From a bacterium (GTDB taxonomy: Bacteria > Auribacterota > JABMQX01): a stretch of 64,000 nt of DNA. Shown piece by piece: positions 8,500 through 18,164 of the stretch (positions are counted from its first letter, which is position 1; every line of letters starts with the position of its first letter). Under the pieces are notes generated by a model. It saw only the letters and a list, made by a program, of their open reading frames with translations, ran no database searches and was not told the DNA's origin. The position numbers and the translations under genes are program-made. The DNA is taken from positions 67,553-131,552 of the forward strand of contig JAUYEE010000330.1 in NCBI GenBank assembly GCA_030691545.1, given 5' to 3'.

Positions 8500-10689
8500 A
8501 TGCCGAAACTCATTGAGAAAGACTTCCCTTTCGCGCGGCTTTCAGTCGTTGCCGAGCAAGAGTCTTGGCGTAAGGAGCTGCACCGCCCTGTCTACTACCT
8601 GCACAAGTGGTGGGGTCGAAGGCTCGGATCAGTCTTTCGCGGGATCCTGCTGGGCGTGTGCGCGAATGATTCTGATGACCTGTGGAAACTCTTCTATAGC
8701 AAGAACACCTTCGATAGCACAGTTGTTTTCGACCCTTTCATGGGAAGTGGGGTCACAGTTGGTGAGGCAATCAAGCTCGGGTGCAGGGCGATCGGTCGTG
8801 ACATTAACCATGTTGCCCATCTCGCATGTCGCGCGGCGTTCTCCCGGTACACGTACCACGATGTTCTCCGTACGTACCAACACATGCAGGCGGTGCTCGC
8901 CCCTAGGCTTGGCAGCTACTTCGCAACCAAGACGCGGTCAGGCGAGGATGCGACTGTTCTATACTACTTCCTAGTCAAAGTTGTCGGCTGCCCGCAATGC
9001 GGCGCGCATGTTGACCTTTTCAAGACACGGGTCTTCTCGAGGAATGCAGTACCCGAGAAGGATCCATCGGCGCGGGCGCTCTGCCCTCGCTGCGGTGCTG
9101 TGGGTTGCACCCGGTACGATGCGGAGCGCGCTGTTTGTCCAGAGTGTTCGCACCTATACAACCCGCAACAGGGGAACATTAGGGGGCCAGAGGTTCGGTG
9201 CCCCGCCTGTCAGGCATCATTCCGTTTGGTGGACAGAATGAGGTCCATGGAGGGACCGCTAGGCCTCCGTCGATACGCGAAAATGATCCTTTCGGCAGAC
9301 GGAAAGAAGCGCTACGAGGCGTTGAACAAATTCGACAGGGAGCTTGAGAGACAAGTAGCAGAGGAGTTTGCGGCTATCGCCAACACGTTTCCGGCAGTGG
9401 CTATCGAGCCCGGGTGCAACACCGACCAGATACTGAAGCACAACTACGCCTACTGGCACCAGCTGTTCTCGGACCGACAGTTAGTCTGCATTGCGCAGAT
9501 CATTGAGGCGATCAGGGGCATTGAGGACCCGGACTTGAGGGTGCTATTTGCCTGCCTCTTCTCTGGGGTGCTGGAGTTCAACAATCTGTTCGCGTCTTTC
9601 AAAGGAGAGGGAACAGGGGCCGTGCGCCCCATCTTCGCTCACCATGTGCTCAGGCCGGAAATGATGCCAGTGGAGGCGAACATCTGGGGCACGAGCAAGT
9701 CTTCGGGTGCATTTTCCTCCTTGTTCGGCTCACGTGTGGAGAGAGCGCTGGCATACAAGTCTGATCCCACCGAGCTGCAGGTCTGCTCGTCGAAAAGCAT
9801 AAGGGTCCGGGGCATCAACCATCCCATCGCAACACGCATAGCGAGCAGTTTCTCGGAGTTCGTCTCTCAGCCCGACAGCCTTTACCTCAGCTGTGGGGAT
9901 TCCAGCAGTGTCGACATACCGGACAAAACCGTTGACGCGGTCGTGACGGATCCGCCTTTCTTCGACAACGTGCACTACTCTCAGCTCGCGGACTTCTTTT
10001 ACTACTGGCTTAATCAGATTCTCGATCTCTCACCAAGGAGGACTACAAGATCACTCGCTGAAGTCCAAGACACGGATCCTGAGCTGTTCACGACCAAGCT
10101 GACGTCCGTGTTCGCCGAGTGCCGCCGCGTCCTGCGTGACAACGGTCTCCTCGTTTTTACGTACCATCACTCACGACACGAGGGATGGACCGCGGTCCAT
10201 CGAGCCATCAGACATTCGGGGTTCATCTGTATACAGGCCTACCCCATCAAAGCGGAGATGTCCGTTTCTGTGGCCTTGCAGCAGGCCAGGTCTCCGATCC
10301 ATCTGGATCTCATTCTCGTGTGTCAGAGGGATTCGCGCGACACCCCAGGGGATCCCGCGGGTGGTAACCTTCTCTCCGCCCTATCTTTAGGTAAGGAACA
10401 GATATCCTCGCTCAAGACGCTGGGCATCAAGGTGTCCCTCGGGGATGTGAAAGTCATCCTCATGGGTCGCTTCCTGTGCGAGGCGCATAGGATGGGAAAT
10501 CTGGAGTTGGAGGAGGGGTTCCTCGCGGAACTGGAACACGACATCGACGCTTACGTCAGCGAACTGATCTCTGCAGAGGGAGAAGTCCTCTATCGAGAGG
10601 CGGAGCAGGGGCAACTCGTGCTCTTCGAGGGCATCGCAAGGTACTTGGCGGAGAAGCGGACGCGGCTGACGCCTAACCGCCGCGGCTGA
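8500..10689 (+). CDS. DNA methyltransferase, DUF1156/COG1743 type with Zn-ribbon
   Basis: N-terminal DUF1156 (MPKLIEKDFPF..LHKWWGRRL). Motif I DPFMGSGVTVGEAIKLGCRAIGRD. Four-Cys Zn-ribbon (CPQCGAH..CPRCGA..CPECSH..CPACQ). Motif IV VVTDPPFFDNV (DPPF/Y), consistent with an N6A/N4C amino-methyltransferase. Confidence 0.85.
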   Translation: MPKLIEKDFPFARLSVVAEQESWRKELHRPVYYLHKWWGRRLGSVFRGILLGVCANDSDDLWKLFYSKNTFDSTVVFDPFMGSGVTVGEAIKLGCRAIGRDINHVAHLACRAAFSRYTYHDVLRTYQHMQAVLAPRLGSYFATKTRSGEDATVLYYFLVKVVGCPQCGAHVDLFKTRVFSRNAVPEKDPSARALCPRCGAVGCTRYDAERAVCPECSHLYNPQQGNIRGPEVRCPACQASFRLVDRMRSMEGPLGLRRYAKMILSADGKKRYEALNKFDRELERQVAEEFAAIANTFPAVAIEPGCNTDQILKHNYAYWHQLFSDRQLVCIAQIIEAIRGIEDPDLRVLFACLFSGVLEFNNLFASFKGEGTGAVRPIFAHHVLRPEMMPVEANIWGTSKSSGAFSSLFGSRVERALAYKSDPTELQVCSSKSIRVRGINHPIATRIASSFSEFVSQPDSLYLSCGDSSSVDIPDKTVDAVVTDPPFFDNVHYSQLADFFYYWLNQILDLSPRRTTRSLAEVQDTDPELFTTKLTSVFAECRRVLRDNGLLVFTYHHSRHEGWTAVHRAIRHSGFICIQAYPIKAEMSVSVALQQARSPIHLDLILVCQRDSRDTPGDPAGGNLLSALSLGKEQISSLKTLGIKVSLGDVKVILMGRFLCEAHRMGNLELEEGFLAELEHDIDAYVSELISAEGEVLYREAEQGQLVLFEGIARYLAEKRTRLTPNRRG

Positions 10690-11177
10690 TTCACCCGTCA
10701 GGCCAGGCGCGCGGCTTCATGTCGGGACGGACGACGCAGTTCTCTGCTGAGCCTCCTGCGTGAGCGATTAGGTATCGCCAGGCACGGTCGCGCTGGCGCG
10801 GCTCGCCATAGAGATGCGCCCCCTGGGTCCACCGCTCCGCCGCCCAAGACCTCCTGCATCTGATTCTTCATTCCTCCTTTGCGCCTTCGCGCCCTTGCGA
10901 GAGGCTTCCTATCTTCGGTCTTGCCTCGCCAGGAGGCCAAGACTCCTGCCGCGCGGAAGATGGGCTGGGCGGAAACTTGTGAACCTTCCCGGTCAGCCAT
11001 TGGTCGAAAGTGGTTTTATTTCGGTGGCGATTCTGGTACGATTCCGCGCAGCAAACGAAGAGTGGGGCGGAGGACTTGAAGCTTTGTCCATCATGCAGGA
11101 AAGGCTTTGTGTCCTTTGCACGCCGAACGCTCTTTCACGGTTCGCCTGAAAACAGCTCAATCAGGGAGGTACAGGTC

Positions 11178-12140
11178 ATGACTGTTGCACGTGTACGACG
11201 AGCTTGGAGAGTGAGTATCCCGCTGCTTTGCGGCATCCTTATTTTGGTCAGTTTTCTGATGCCCGGCTGCCGCAAGAAGAAGGAGACGTATGCCCTCGTG
11301 CCGAAATCTATCGGGCAAATCTACTGGGAAGGCTGTCGGCGAGGGATGGAGAAAGCCGCGAAGGAGGAGGGAATCAAAGGCTATTTCACCGGCCCCGCGA
11401 CTACGGACATCGCCAAACAGATTGACATTATCGAGAACCTCATTGTCCAGGGTGTGAAAGGAATCGGCATCTCGCCGAACGACCCGACGGCGGTCAAGGA
11501 TGTCATTGCGCGAGCCATGAAGCAGGGCATCCCGGTAGTCACGTTTGATTCAGACTCCCCCGAGAGCAATCGCATGGCTTATATCGGTACGGACAACGAG
11601 GCGGCGGGGAGAGTCGCTGGTGAGACGTTGGCTAAGTTCATGGGAGGAAAAGGCGAGTTCGTCATTCTCACCGGCGGACTCGGCGCCCACAACCTGAACC
11701 TACGGATCAAGGGGTTCAGAGAGGCCATCAAGAACTTCCCGGAAATGAAGGAAGCCACCGACGAGCAGCCGGACGATGACGATTCCGAGAAGGCTACAGC
11801 AATTGCCGAGAACCTTCTTATTTCTCACCCGAACCTCGCCGGTTTCTTCGGAGTGTCGGCCCCGGGGGCGCCCGGCGCCGCTCGTGCGGTAAAAGACGCG
11901 AACAAAGTGGGAAAAGTCATTGTCGTGGGCTTTGATGACACGCCGGAATGCCGAGGGTACATCAAGGAAGGTGTCATCCAGGCGACCGTCGCTCAACGTC
12001 CTTTCGACATGGGATACCGGGCCATCAAAGTCCTCGTCGAGGCAAATAAAGGGAACAAGCCGAAGACCAAAATCATTGACACGGGCGTTCTGGTTATCAC
12101 GAAAGATAACCTGAAAGAGACCGAGCAGAAATATGATTGA
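11178..12140 (+). CDS. sugar ABC transporter substrate-binding lipoprotein (RbsB-like)
   Basis: Lipoprotein signal (..LVSFLMPGCRKKK). Periplasmic-binding-protein type-1 fold similar to ribose-binding protein. GGGAGG RBS 6 nt before ATG 11178. Confidence 0.85.
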   Translation: MTVARVRRAWRVSIPLLCGILILVSFLMPGCRKKKETYALVPKSIGQIYWEGCRRGMEKAAKEEGIKGYFTGPATTDIAKQIDIIENLIVQGVKGIGISPNDPTAVKDVIARAMKQGIPVVTFDSDSPESNRMAYIGTDNEAAGRVAGETLAKFMGGKGEFVILTGGLGAHNLNLRIKGFREAIKNFPEMKEATDEQPDDDDSEKATAIAENLLISHPNLAGFFGVSAPGAPGAARAVKDANKVGKVIVVGFDDTPECRGYIKEGVIQATVAQRPFDMGYRAIKVLVEANKGNKPKTKIIDTGVLVITKDNLKETEQKYD

Positions 12141-12199
12141 GGGCGGGAAGAGGGGTCATTGCTTCCGCCAGTGTTGAGCCAGTCACCTCGGGCTGTTTC

Positions 12200-13735
12200 A
12201 TGCAACCATCAGTGAGCAAAAAAACTCCGCCTCTGCCCCGGCAGGATACCGCCGTGCCGGCGGTGGAGATGCGAAACATCAGGAAATCCTTCCCCGGTGT
12301 CCAGGCGCTCGACGGGGTAGATTTGAACATCTGGCCCGGAGAGGTTCTGGCACTCGTCGGCGAGAACGGCGCCGGCAAGTCCACGCTCATCAAAATACTC
12401 TGCGGGGCCTACCACGCCGATGCTGGCGAGATTTTCATTCAAGGGGAAAAGGCGCACATTCGTTCGCCTCAGGACGCCCGCGCCCTCGGCATCGTCGCCA
12501 TCTACCAGGAGCTCAGCCTCTTCCCCAACATGAGCGTTGCTGAGAACATTCTCATCAGCCGCATGCCGAAGCGACAGGGTATTCCGATGGTCAACTGGTC
12601 TCGCCTTCGGCAACAAGCTCGCGTGGCTCTCGACACCATCGGCGCCCGGTTCGACCCCTCCGTTCGTCTCGGAGACCTCAGCGTCGCCGGTCAGCAGATG
12701 GTCGAGATCGCCCGGGCCGCTTCCTCGGACGCCCGGGTCATCGTCATGGACGAGCCCACTTCCGCCCTCTCCGAACACGAGGTCGAGACGCTTTTTCAAA
12801 TTATCACCACGCTGAAAAAGCGGGGTGTCGCCATCATCTACATCACACATCGCCTTGAGGAGGTCTCGCGGGTTGCCGACCGCATCACCGTTCTGCGTGA
12901 CGGAAAATACATCGGTGACCTGCCCATCGCCGACGCGACGAAAGAGAAGATTGTCCAGATGATGGTCGGGCGCGCCCTGAACCTCTTTCCCAAGGAGCCC
13001 GCCCCAATCGGCAAAGAGGTCATGCGGGTGGAGAATTTCTCCCGGAAGGACGCGTTCTCGGACATTTCCTTCTCGGTGAGGAAGGGCGAGATTCTCGGGG
13101 TCGCGGGGCTGATGGGAGCGGGGCGCACCGAGATCGCGCGCGCCATCTTCGGCATAGACCCGAAAGACTCCGGCGAGGTCTTTGTTGAGGGGAAAAAGGT
13201 TATCATTGATTCCCCCATTGACGCCATCCGCAGCGGCTTTGGACTGGTGCCCGAGGACAGGAAACTTCAGGCACTGGTTCTTTCTATGGCTGTCCGAGAG
13301 AACATCACGCTCGCGCACCTCAGCGATTTTGCCAGAAGCGGGATTGTCAGCAAAGCCAAGGAAAGGAGAGAGGCGGGTCGCCACGTTCAGGAGTTGGACA
13401 TACGAACGCCAAGCGTCGAGCAAAAAGTCTCTAACCTCAGCGGCGGCAATCAGCAAAAGGTCGTCATCGCCAAATGGCTCGGAGTGAAACCGAAAGTCCT
13501 CATGCTCGACGAGCCGACCCGGGGGATTGATGTCGGAGCGAAAGCCGCCATTCACTCCCTCATGTGCAAGCTGGCGGCAAGCGGCGTCGGCATTGTCATG
13601 ATTTCCTCGGAACTCCCCGAAATCATGGCGATGAGCGACCGAATCGTCGTTCTTCATGAGGGCTGCATCACGGCAAGGCTTAATAGGGAAGAGGCCACCC
13701 AGGACCGAATCATGATGGCGGCCACCGGAGGGTAA
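12200..13735 (+). CDS. sugar ABC transporter ATP-binding protein (two tandem ATPase domains, RbsA-like)
   Basis: Two Walker A sites (GENGAGKST; GLMGAGRTE) and two signature motifs (LSVAGQQ; LSGGNQQ). Confidence 0.9.
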   Translation: MQPSVSKKTPPLPRQDTAVPAVEMRNIRKSFPGVQALDGVDLNIWPGEVLALVGENGAGKSTLIKILCGAYHADAGEIFIQGEKAHIRSPQDARALGIVAIYQELSLFPNMSVAENILISRMPKRQGIPMVNWSRLRQQARVALDTIGARFDPSVRLGDLSVAGQQMVEIARAASSDARVIVMDEPTSALSEHEVETLFQIITTLKKRGVAIIYITHRLEEVSRVADRITVLRDGKYIGDLPIADATKEKIVQMMVGRALNLFPKEPAPIGKEVMRVENFSRKDAFSDISFSVRKGEILGVAGLMGAGRTEIARAIFGIDPKDSGEVFVEGKKVIIDSPIDAIRSGFGLVPEDRKLQALVLSMAVRENITLAHLSDFARSGIVSKAKERREAGRHVQELDIRTPSVEQKVSNLSGGNQQKVVIAKWLGVKPKVLMLDEPTRGIDVGAKAAIHSLMCKLAASGVGIVMISSELPEIMAMSDRIVVLHEGCITARLNREEATQDRIMMAATGG

Positions 13736-13759
13736 ACCAGCAGGGAGAACAGATTCGAG

Positions 13760-14722
13760 ATGCCTGAAGAAACACGGACAAGACCGTTATCCGCCATCGG
13801 ACGGATAAGGCGGGCAAAAGAGTTCTGGATTTTTCTATTCCTGTTGGCTATCTATGTTTTCCTTCTTATTCTGAAACCGCAGTTCAGGAGTCCCGACAAC
13901 CAGCTCATCGTCGTCCGGCAGTTCTCCTGGATCGCCATCATCGCCGTGGGGATGACGATGGTCATCATTACGGCGGGGATAGACCTCTCGATCGGGTCCG
14001 TATTAGCCCTCGCCGCTTGTTCGATGGGAAAGCTCGTCGAGCATGGGATGAACGTATGGCTGGGGGTTCTTGCGGCATTGGCTATCGGCGCGACATGCGG
14101 CTTCCTCAACGGCCTGGCCATTACGAAGCTGAAGATTCCTCCTTTCATCGCAACGCTGGGGATGATGGCAATGGCCAGAGGGGCGACCTTGATTGTCACC
14201 CAAAGCACCTACTCTATCCTGCCGGACGCGTTGGTGGAGTCCGTGGGGCGGGGCACATGGTGGGGAGTCCCCGTGCCCGTCTGCATCATGGCGGCGGTGG
14301 CGGTCTGGGGGGCGATCCTCCTCCGCCACACGACGATGGGTCGCTACATTTATGCGATCGGCGGCAACGAGCAGGCGGCAGCGTTGTCGGGAATAAGGGT
14401 CGAGCTCGTTAAGCTTGTTGTTTACACCCTCACGGGATTTCTGGCCGCACTCGCCGGAATTGTGGTCGCTGCGCGTTCTGGATCAGCTCAGCCTACAGCC
14501 GGCATTGGGTCGGAGTTGAACGTCATCGCCGCGGTAATTGTCGGCGGCACCAGCCTCATGGGCGGCGAGGGGAGTGTGATTGGAACGATCATTGGAGCGG
14601 CGATCTTAGGGATTATCCCCTGCGCTTTGATTCTTTTCTTCATTCCCGCAGACTGGCAATACATCGCAGTTGGCGCCGTCATTATCATTGCCGTCGCCCT
14701 TGACCGCCTGAAAAAGCGCTGA
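13760..14722 (+). CDS. sugar ABC transporter permease (RbsC-like)
   Basis: Multi-TM BPD_transp_2-type permease; conserved GGxxxxGGxGSVxGT segment. Confidence 0.9.
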   Translation: MPEETRTRPLSAIGRIRRAKEFWIFLFLLAIYVFLLILKPQFRSPDNQLIVVRQFSWIAIIAVGMTMVIITAGIDLSIGSVLALAACSMGKLVEHGMNVWLGVLAALAIGATCGFLNGLAITKLKIPPFIATLGMMAMARGATLIVTQSTYSILPDALVESVGRGTWWGVPVPVCIMAAVAVWGAILLRHTTMGRYIYAIGGNEQAAALSGIRVELVKLVVYTLTGFLAALAGIVVAARSGSAQPTAGIGSELNVIAAVIVGGTSLMGGEGSVIGTIIGAAILGIIPCALILFFIPADWQYIAVGAVIIIAVALDRLKKR

Positions 14723-14749
14723 GAGCCGACCATCCTTTCGTTTCCGCGC

Positions 14750-14770
14750 TCTCTGCGTCCTCTGCGGTGA
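14750..14770 (+). repeat. CTCTGCG-N2-CTCTGCGGTGA motif, copy T1
   Basis: ctctgcgtcctctgcggtga. Near-identical copies at 18599-18619 and 36058-36079; all intergenic, same orientation. Confidence 0.5.
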
Positions 14771-14801
14771 ATGCCTTTTTCGTTACAGAGAAGGACTGCA
14801 C

Positions 14802-15539
14802 ATGCCCGACGATTTTGACGAGATCTCCGGAGTCCTCGACAAGCTCGTCGAGGAACTGCTCGCCAAATGCGGAATTGACCGCCCGCCCATCGAACCGAAG
14901 AAAATCGCCGATGCGCTCGGGTTGGTTTATGACGAGACGGAACTCGAGGGGAGACGCGGGCAGAGCTACCGTCGCTACGGACGCCAGCACGTTGAGATTC
15001 ACCGCAAGGATAGACCTGAGCGGAAGAACTTCGCTCTCGCTCACGAGATCATGGAGCTGGAGCTGAAGAAGGTCCTCGATGACCCGAGGGAATCCCATCG
15101 CTGGGCGAATCTCGGCGCCTCCTTTCTCCTGATGCCGACACCCTGGTTTCGCGACCAGTGCATCCAGACCGGCTTTGACCTCGCAAAGCTGAAGAAGGTC
15201 TTTACCACGGCATCGTGGGAGGTCATCGCCTTACGGACCCTGAACTTCTCGGAGTCCATCATCACAATCGTGGACGACGACCGCGTCACCCGAAGAAAGT
15301 CCAGCTATCCCTTCTATGTCTCAAAGAGACTGTCGGACGAGGAAAAGCACGTCGTGCTGGACGTTCTCCAAACGAAGAAGGTGCAGAGGCAACATTTCCC
15401 CTCCTGCGAAGTGACCGGCTACCCGGTCTTCGAGAAAGGACACAAACGCGTCATCCTCCGTACAACGCTGGATGAAACAGGCTATGTTCGCGACTCATCC
15501 GAGACTCCGGAAGGCCAGGTTCGCTCTAACGGCGAATAA
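14802..15539 (+). CDS. ImmA/IrrE (DUF955)-like protein with HExxE in place of HExxH
   Basis: ..RQHVEIHRKDRPERKNFALAHEIMELE.. matches the ImmA/IrrE core (I.IN....RqRFTlAHElgH), but the second His is replaced by Glu. Confidence 0.6.
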   Translation: MPDDFDEISGVLDKLVEELLAKCGIDRPPIEPKKIADALGLVYDETELEGRRGQSYRRYGRQHVEIHRKDRPERKNFALAHEIMELELKKVLDDPRESHRWANLGASFLLMPTPWFRDQCIQTGFDLAKLKKVFTTASWEVIALRTLNFSESIITIVDDDRVTRRKSSYPFYVSKRLSDEEKHVVLDVLQTKKVQRQHFPSCEVTGYPVFEKGHKRVILRTTLDETGYVRDSSETPEGQVRSNGE

Positions 15540-15664
15540 ATCGCAGTCTCGCAAGGGGCGGTTGCCGTGACTGGGACGCGGGTGCTATCATACACATAGC
15601 TATCACGCGGGGAGCTCTCACGAGTTTTCTCCCGTATCTCTCCACGCGAGCCTGTTTGTATGAG

Positions 15665-16336
15665 ATGAAACAGCATTTGAAAGGCAAGAGAATCGCTATC
15701 ACGTCCGGGCCGACGCGGGCTGCGATTGACGCGGTGCGATTCATCTCCAACCGCTCGACGGGAGGGCTTGGCGTTGCGCTCGCCGAGGAATGCCTCCGGC
15801 AAGGGGCAGAGGTTACCTTCTATCGTGGCGCAGGCAGCCTGTTGCCAGTTCGCCGACCCGCACTGAAAATCATCGAGATCGAGACCGTGGACGACCTGAC
15901 TCGCTCGCTGAAAACGACTCTGAAAAGGGATCGCCATGATGTCTTCTTCCATGCGATGGCGGTCCTCGACTACGTTCCGGCAAGAGAGTTCAAAGGCAAA
16001 ATCAAGTCGGTCAAAGAGAGTCTGACGCTTCGCCTTGTGCGCACGCCCAAGGTCATTAACCTCATCAGGGAACTCTCGCCTGACACAATCTTGGTCGCCT
16101 TCAAGTTGGAAGTCAGCGCCACAAAGGCTCAGTTGAGCGAAGCCGCTAAGAACTTGATGCGAGCGTCCAACGCGGACTTCGTTTTCGCCAATGACTTGCG
16201 CTCCGTGGAGAAAGGCTCCCACAGCGGCTATCTTCTGCACCGCAACGGACAATTCCTCGGCCCCTTCAAGGGCAAGGAAACCATTGCTAAGGCCCTCGTC
16301 GCAGCCGTAACGGATACGCTGATTGGAGAATCCTGA
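15665..16336 (+). CDS. coaB: phosphopantothenate--cysteine ligase (stand-alone CoaB)
   Basis: GKRIAITSGPTRAAIDAVRFISNRSTGGLG matches the CoaB (DFP C-terminal domain) signature. No CoaC half present. Confidence 0.85.
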   Translation: MKQHLKGKRIAITSGPTRAAIDAVRFISNRSTGGLGVALAEECLRQGAEVTFYRGAGSLLPVRRPALKIIEIETVDDLTRSLKTTLKRDRHDVFFHAMAVLDYVPAREFKGKIKSVKESLTLRLVRTPKVINLIRELSPDTILVAFKLEVSATKAQLSEAAKNLMRASNADFVFANDLRSVEKGSHSGYLLHRNGQFLGPFKGKETIAKALVAAVTDTLIGES

Positions 16337-16544
16337 AAATCCTGGCATCCTGTCAGAAAATTCCGGCCACAATGCCTGCACCAAGTCTCGGCGGGGAAAT
16401 ACTTCTCATGTGACGACCGTGCCCTCCTCAATCCGCATTCGGAAATCCGAAATATTCACCCTCCCCTCTTTCCTTCTCTCGTGATATATTCATGGTGTGT
16501 TCTGCATCGGGATGAAAGGGCTCTTTCGGAGAAAGGAAGGAGCC

Positions 16545-18164
16545 ATGGGGAAAATCGTATTTCTTCTTACAGTGGCGCTGGCGGTGTCAGCGTCTTCGCC
16601 GGCTTTAGCAGCAACCTGGCACGTCAGCGAATCGGTCGAAAGCTCCGGAGACGGCGCCTCCTGGGGAACCGCCTTCAAGAGAATCCAGGAAGGGATTGAT
16701 GCGTCCTCGGACGGCGACACCGTGATTGTCGGTCCGGGAACCTACGTAGAGAACATTCGCTTCTCCGGCAAAAACATCACCCTCCGTAGCACCGATCCCC
16801 TCGATCCCGCCATCGTCGCCGCCACAATCATTGACGGCAACCAATCCGGCTCCGTCGTCACGTTCGATGGCACGGAGGACGAAACGTGCTGCCTGCGTGG
16901 TTTCACCATTCGAAATGGGGGCGCTGACTACGGAGCAGGGATCACCGGCAGCAAAGCGGGGCTTTTTACTCAGGCGACAATCGAGCGGAACCAAATTCGC
17001 GACAATTCGGCGTCTATCCATGGCGGGGCCGTAGCACACTGCGACGGCGCGATCGTCGAGAACAGAATCGTCGCGAACAGCGCGACCGGCATGGGCGGGG
17101 GCCTGTACGACTGCAATGGTCTGATCGCCTGGAACGTGATAATCGGGGACTCCGCCGGGCACGGCGGTGGTCTCGCTAAATGCCAGGCAACGATCAGTGG
17201 AAACGTTCTGTCGGACAATACGGCTACGAGAGAGGGCGGCGGCCTTTATATGTGCGACCGCATGATCTCGGGTAATCAGATCACAGGATGCTCCGGCTCC
17301 ATCGGGGCGGCGTTAGCCGATTGCGATGGCTCCATCCAGCGGAATACCATATCCCTAACGAAGTGGGGCAGTAGCGTGCTCGAGGACTGCGACGGCCTGA
17401 TCGAGGGCAACGCGATCACAGGCAACTCGGGGACGGCCATTTACGACTGCGATGGGACCATCGGCAATAACCTCGTCGCGGGTAACCGCGGAAAAGGCGG
17501 GGGCGGCATCTCAGAATGCGAGGGCATTATTGTCAACAACACCATCGTCAACAACTGGGCAGCCGCAGGCGGCGGCATCTGCTATTCCCAAGGCGTCATC
17601 GTGAACTGCGTTATCTGGGGAAACGACGCCACCTACGATTACTTAGGCCAGGTTTACTCCTCAAATGAGCCGACCTATTCCTGCATCCAGGATTGGAGCG
17701 GAGATGAGGGAAATACCGCGGAAGACCCGCAATTCGTTGACCCTGACGGGCCCGACAACAAGCTCGACACGTACCAAGATAACGATTACCACCTCCTCCC
17801 CGATTCGCCGTGCATTGATGCCGGCGAGAATTGGATGCTCGATCCGGCCAGCCTGGACCTGGAAGGGAATCTGCGCATTGCCTTTGGAGGAAAGTCTCTC
17901 ACCGTGGACATGGGCACCTACGAATACAACTCCAGTCCTTTTGCCATCAGCCAAATCTTCATGGACAACGACTCCCTCGTCATAACCTGGCACAGCCAGC
18001 CGAATGACACCTACGTTCTCTGGTTTTGCACCGACCCCGCGTTCCAGACATGGGCCAGAGGTGCGACTATCCCCTCCGATGGAGCTACCACCACATTCAC
18101 TGTGGTCAGCATCGCACCGTTTCCCGACTATCAGCTTTTCCGGATTGAGATGACCAGCCCCTGA
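16545..18164 (+). CDS. secreted right-handed parallel beta-helix repeat protein with conserved C-terminal domain
   Basis: Signal peptide (MGKIVFLLTVALAVSASSPALAATW). Repeated NxxxGGG/beta-helix turns. C-terminal ~150 aa homologous to the C-terminus of the 31860..34304 protein. Confidence 0.8.
   Translation: MGKIVFLLTVALAVSASSPALAATWHVSESVESSGDGASWGTAFKRIQEGIDASSDGDTVIVGPGTYVENIRFSGKNITLRSTDPLDPAIVAATIIDGNQSGSVVTFDGTEDETCCLRGFTIRNGGADYGAGITGSKAGLFTQATIERNQIRDNSASIHGGAVAHCDGAIVENRIVANSATGMGGGLYDCNGLIAWNVIIGDSAGHGGGLAKCQATISGNVLSDNTATREGGGLYMCDRMISGNQITGCSGSIGAALADCDGSIQRNTISLTKWGSSVLEDCDGLIEGNAITGNSGTAIYDCDGTIGNNLVAGNRGKGGGGISECEGIIVNNTIVNNWAAAGGGICYSQGVIVNCVIWGNDATYDYLGQVYSSNEPTYSCIQDWSGDEGNTAEDPQFVDPDGPDNKLDTYQDNDYHLLPDSPCIDAGENWMLDPASLDLEGNLRIAFGGKSLTVDMGTYEYNSSPFAISQIFMDNDSLVITWHSQPNDTYVLWFCTDPAFQTWARGATIPSDGATTTFTVVSIAPFPDYQLFRIEMTSP

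Noticed and set aside
12209-13657. 482-aa ORF antisense to the ABC ATPase gene
   Set aside because: R/G/D/H-rich low-complexity translation typical of GC-rich antisense frames. The sense-strand protein has unambiguous Walker/ABC motifs.
15482-16384. 300-aa ORF antisense to coaB
   Set aside because: No domain signal; coaB on + strand is clear.
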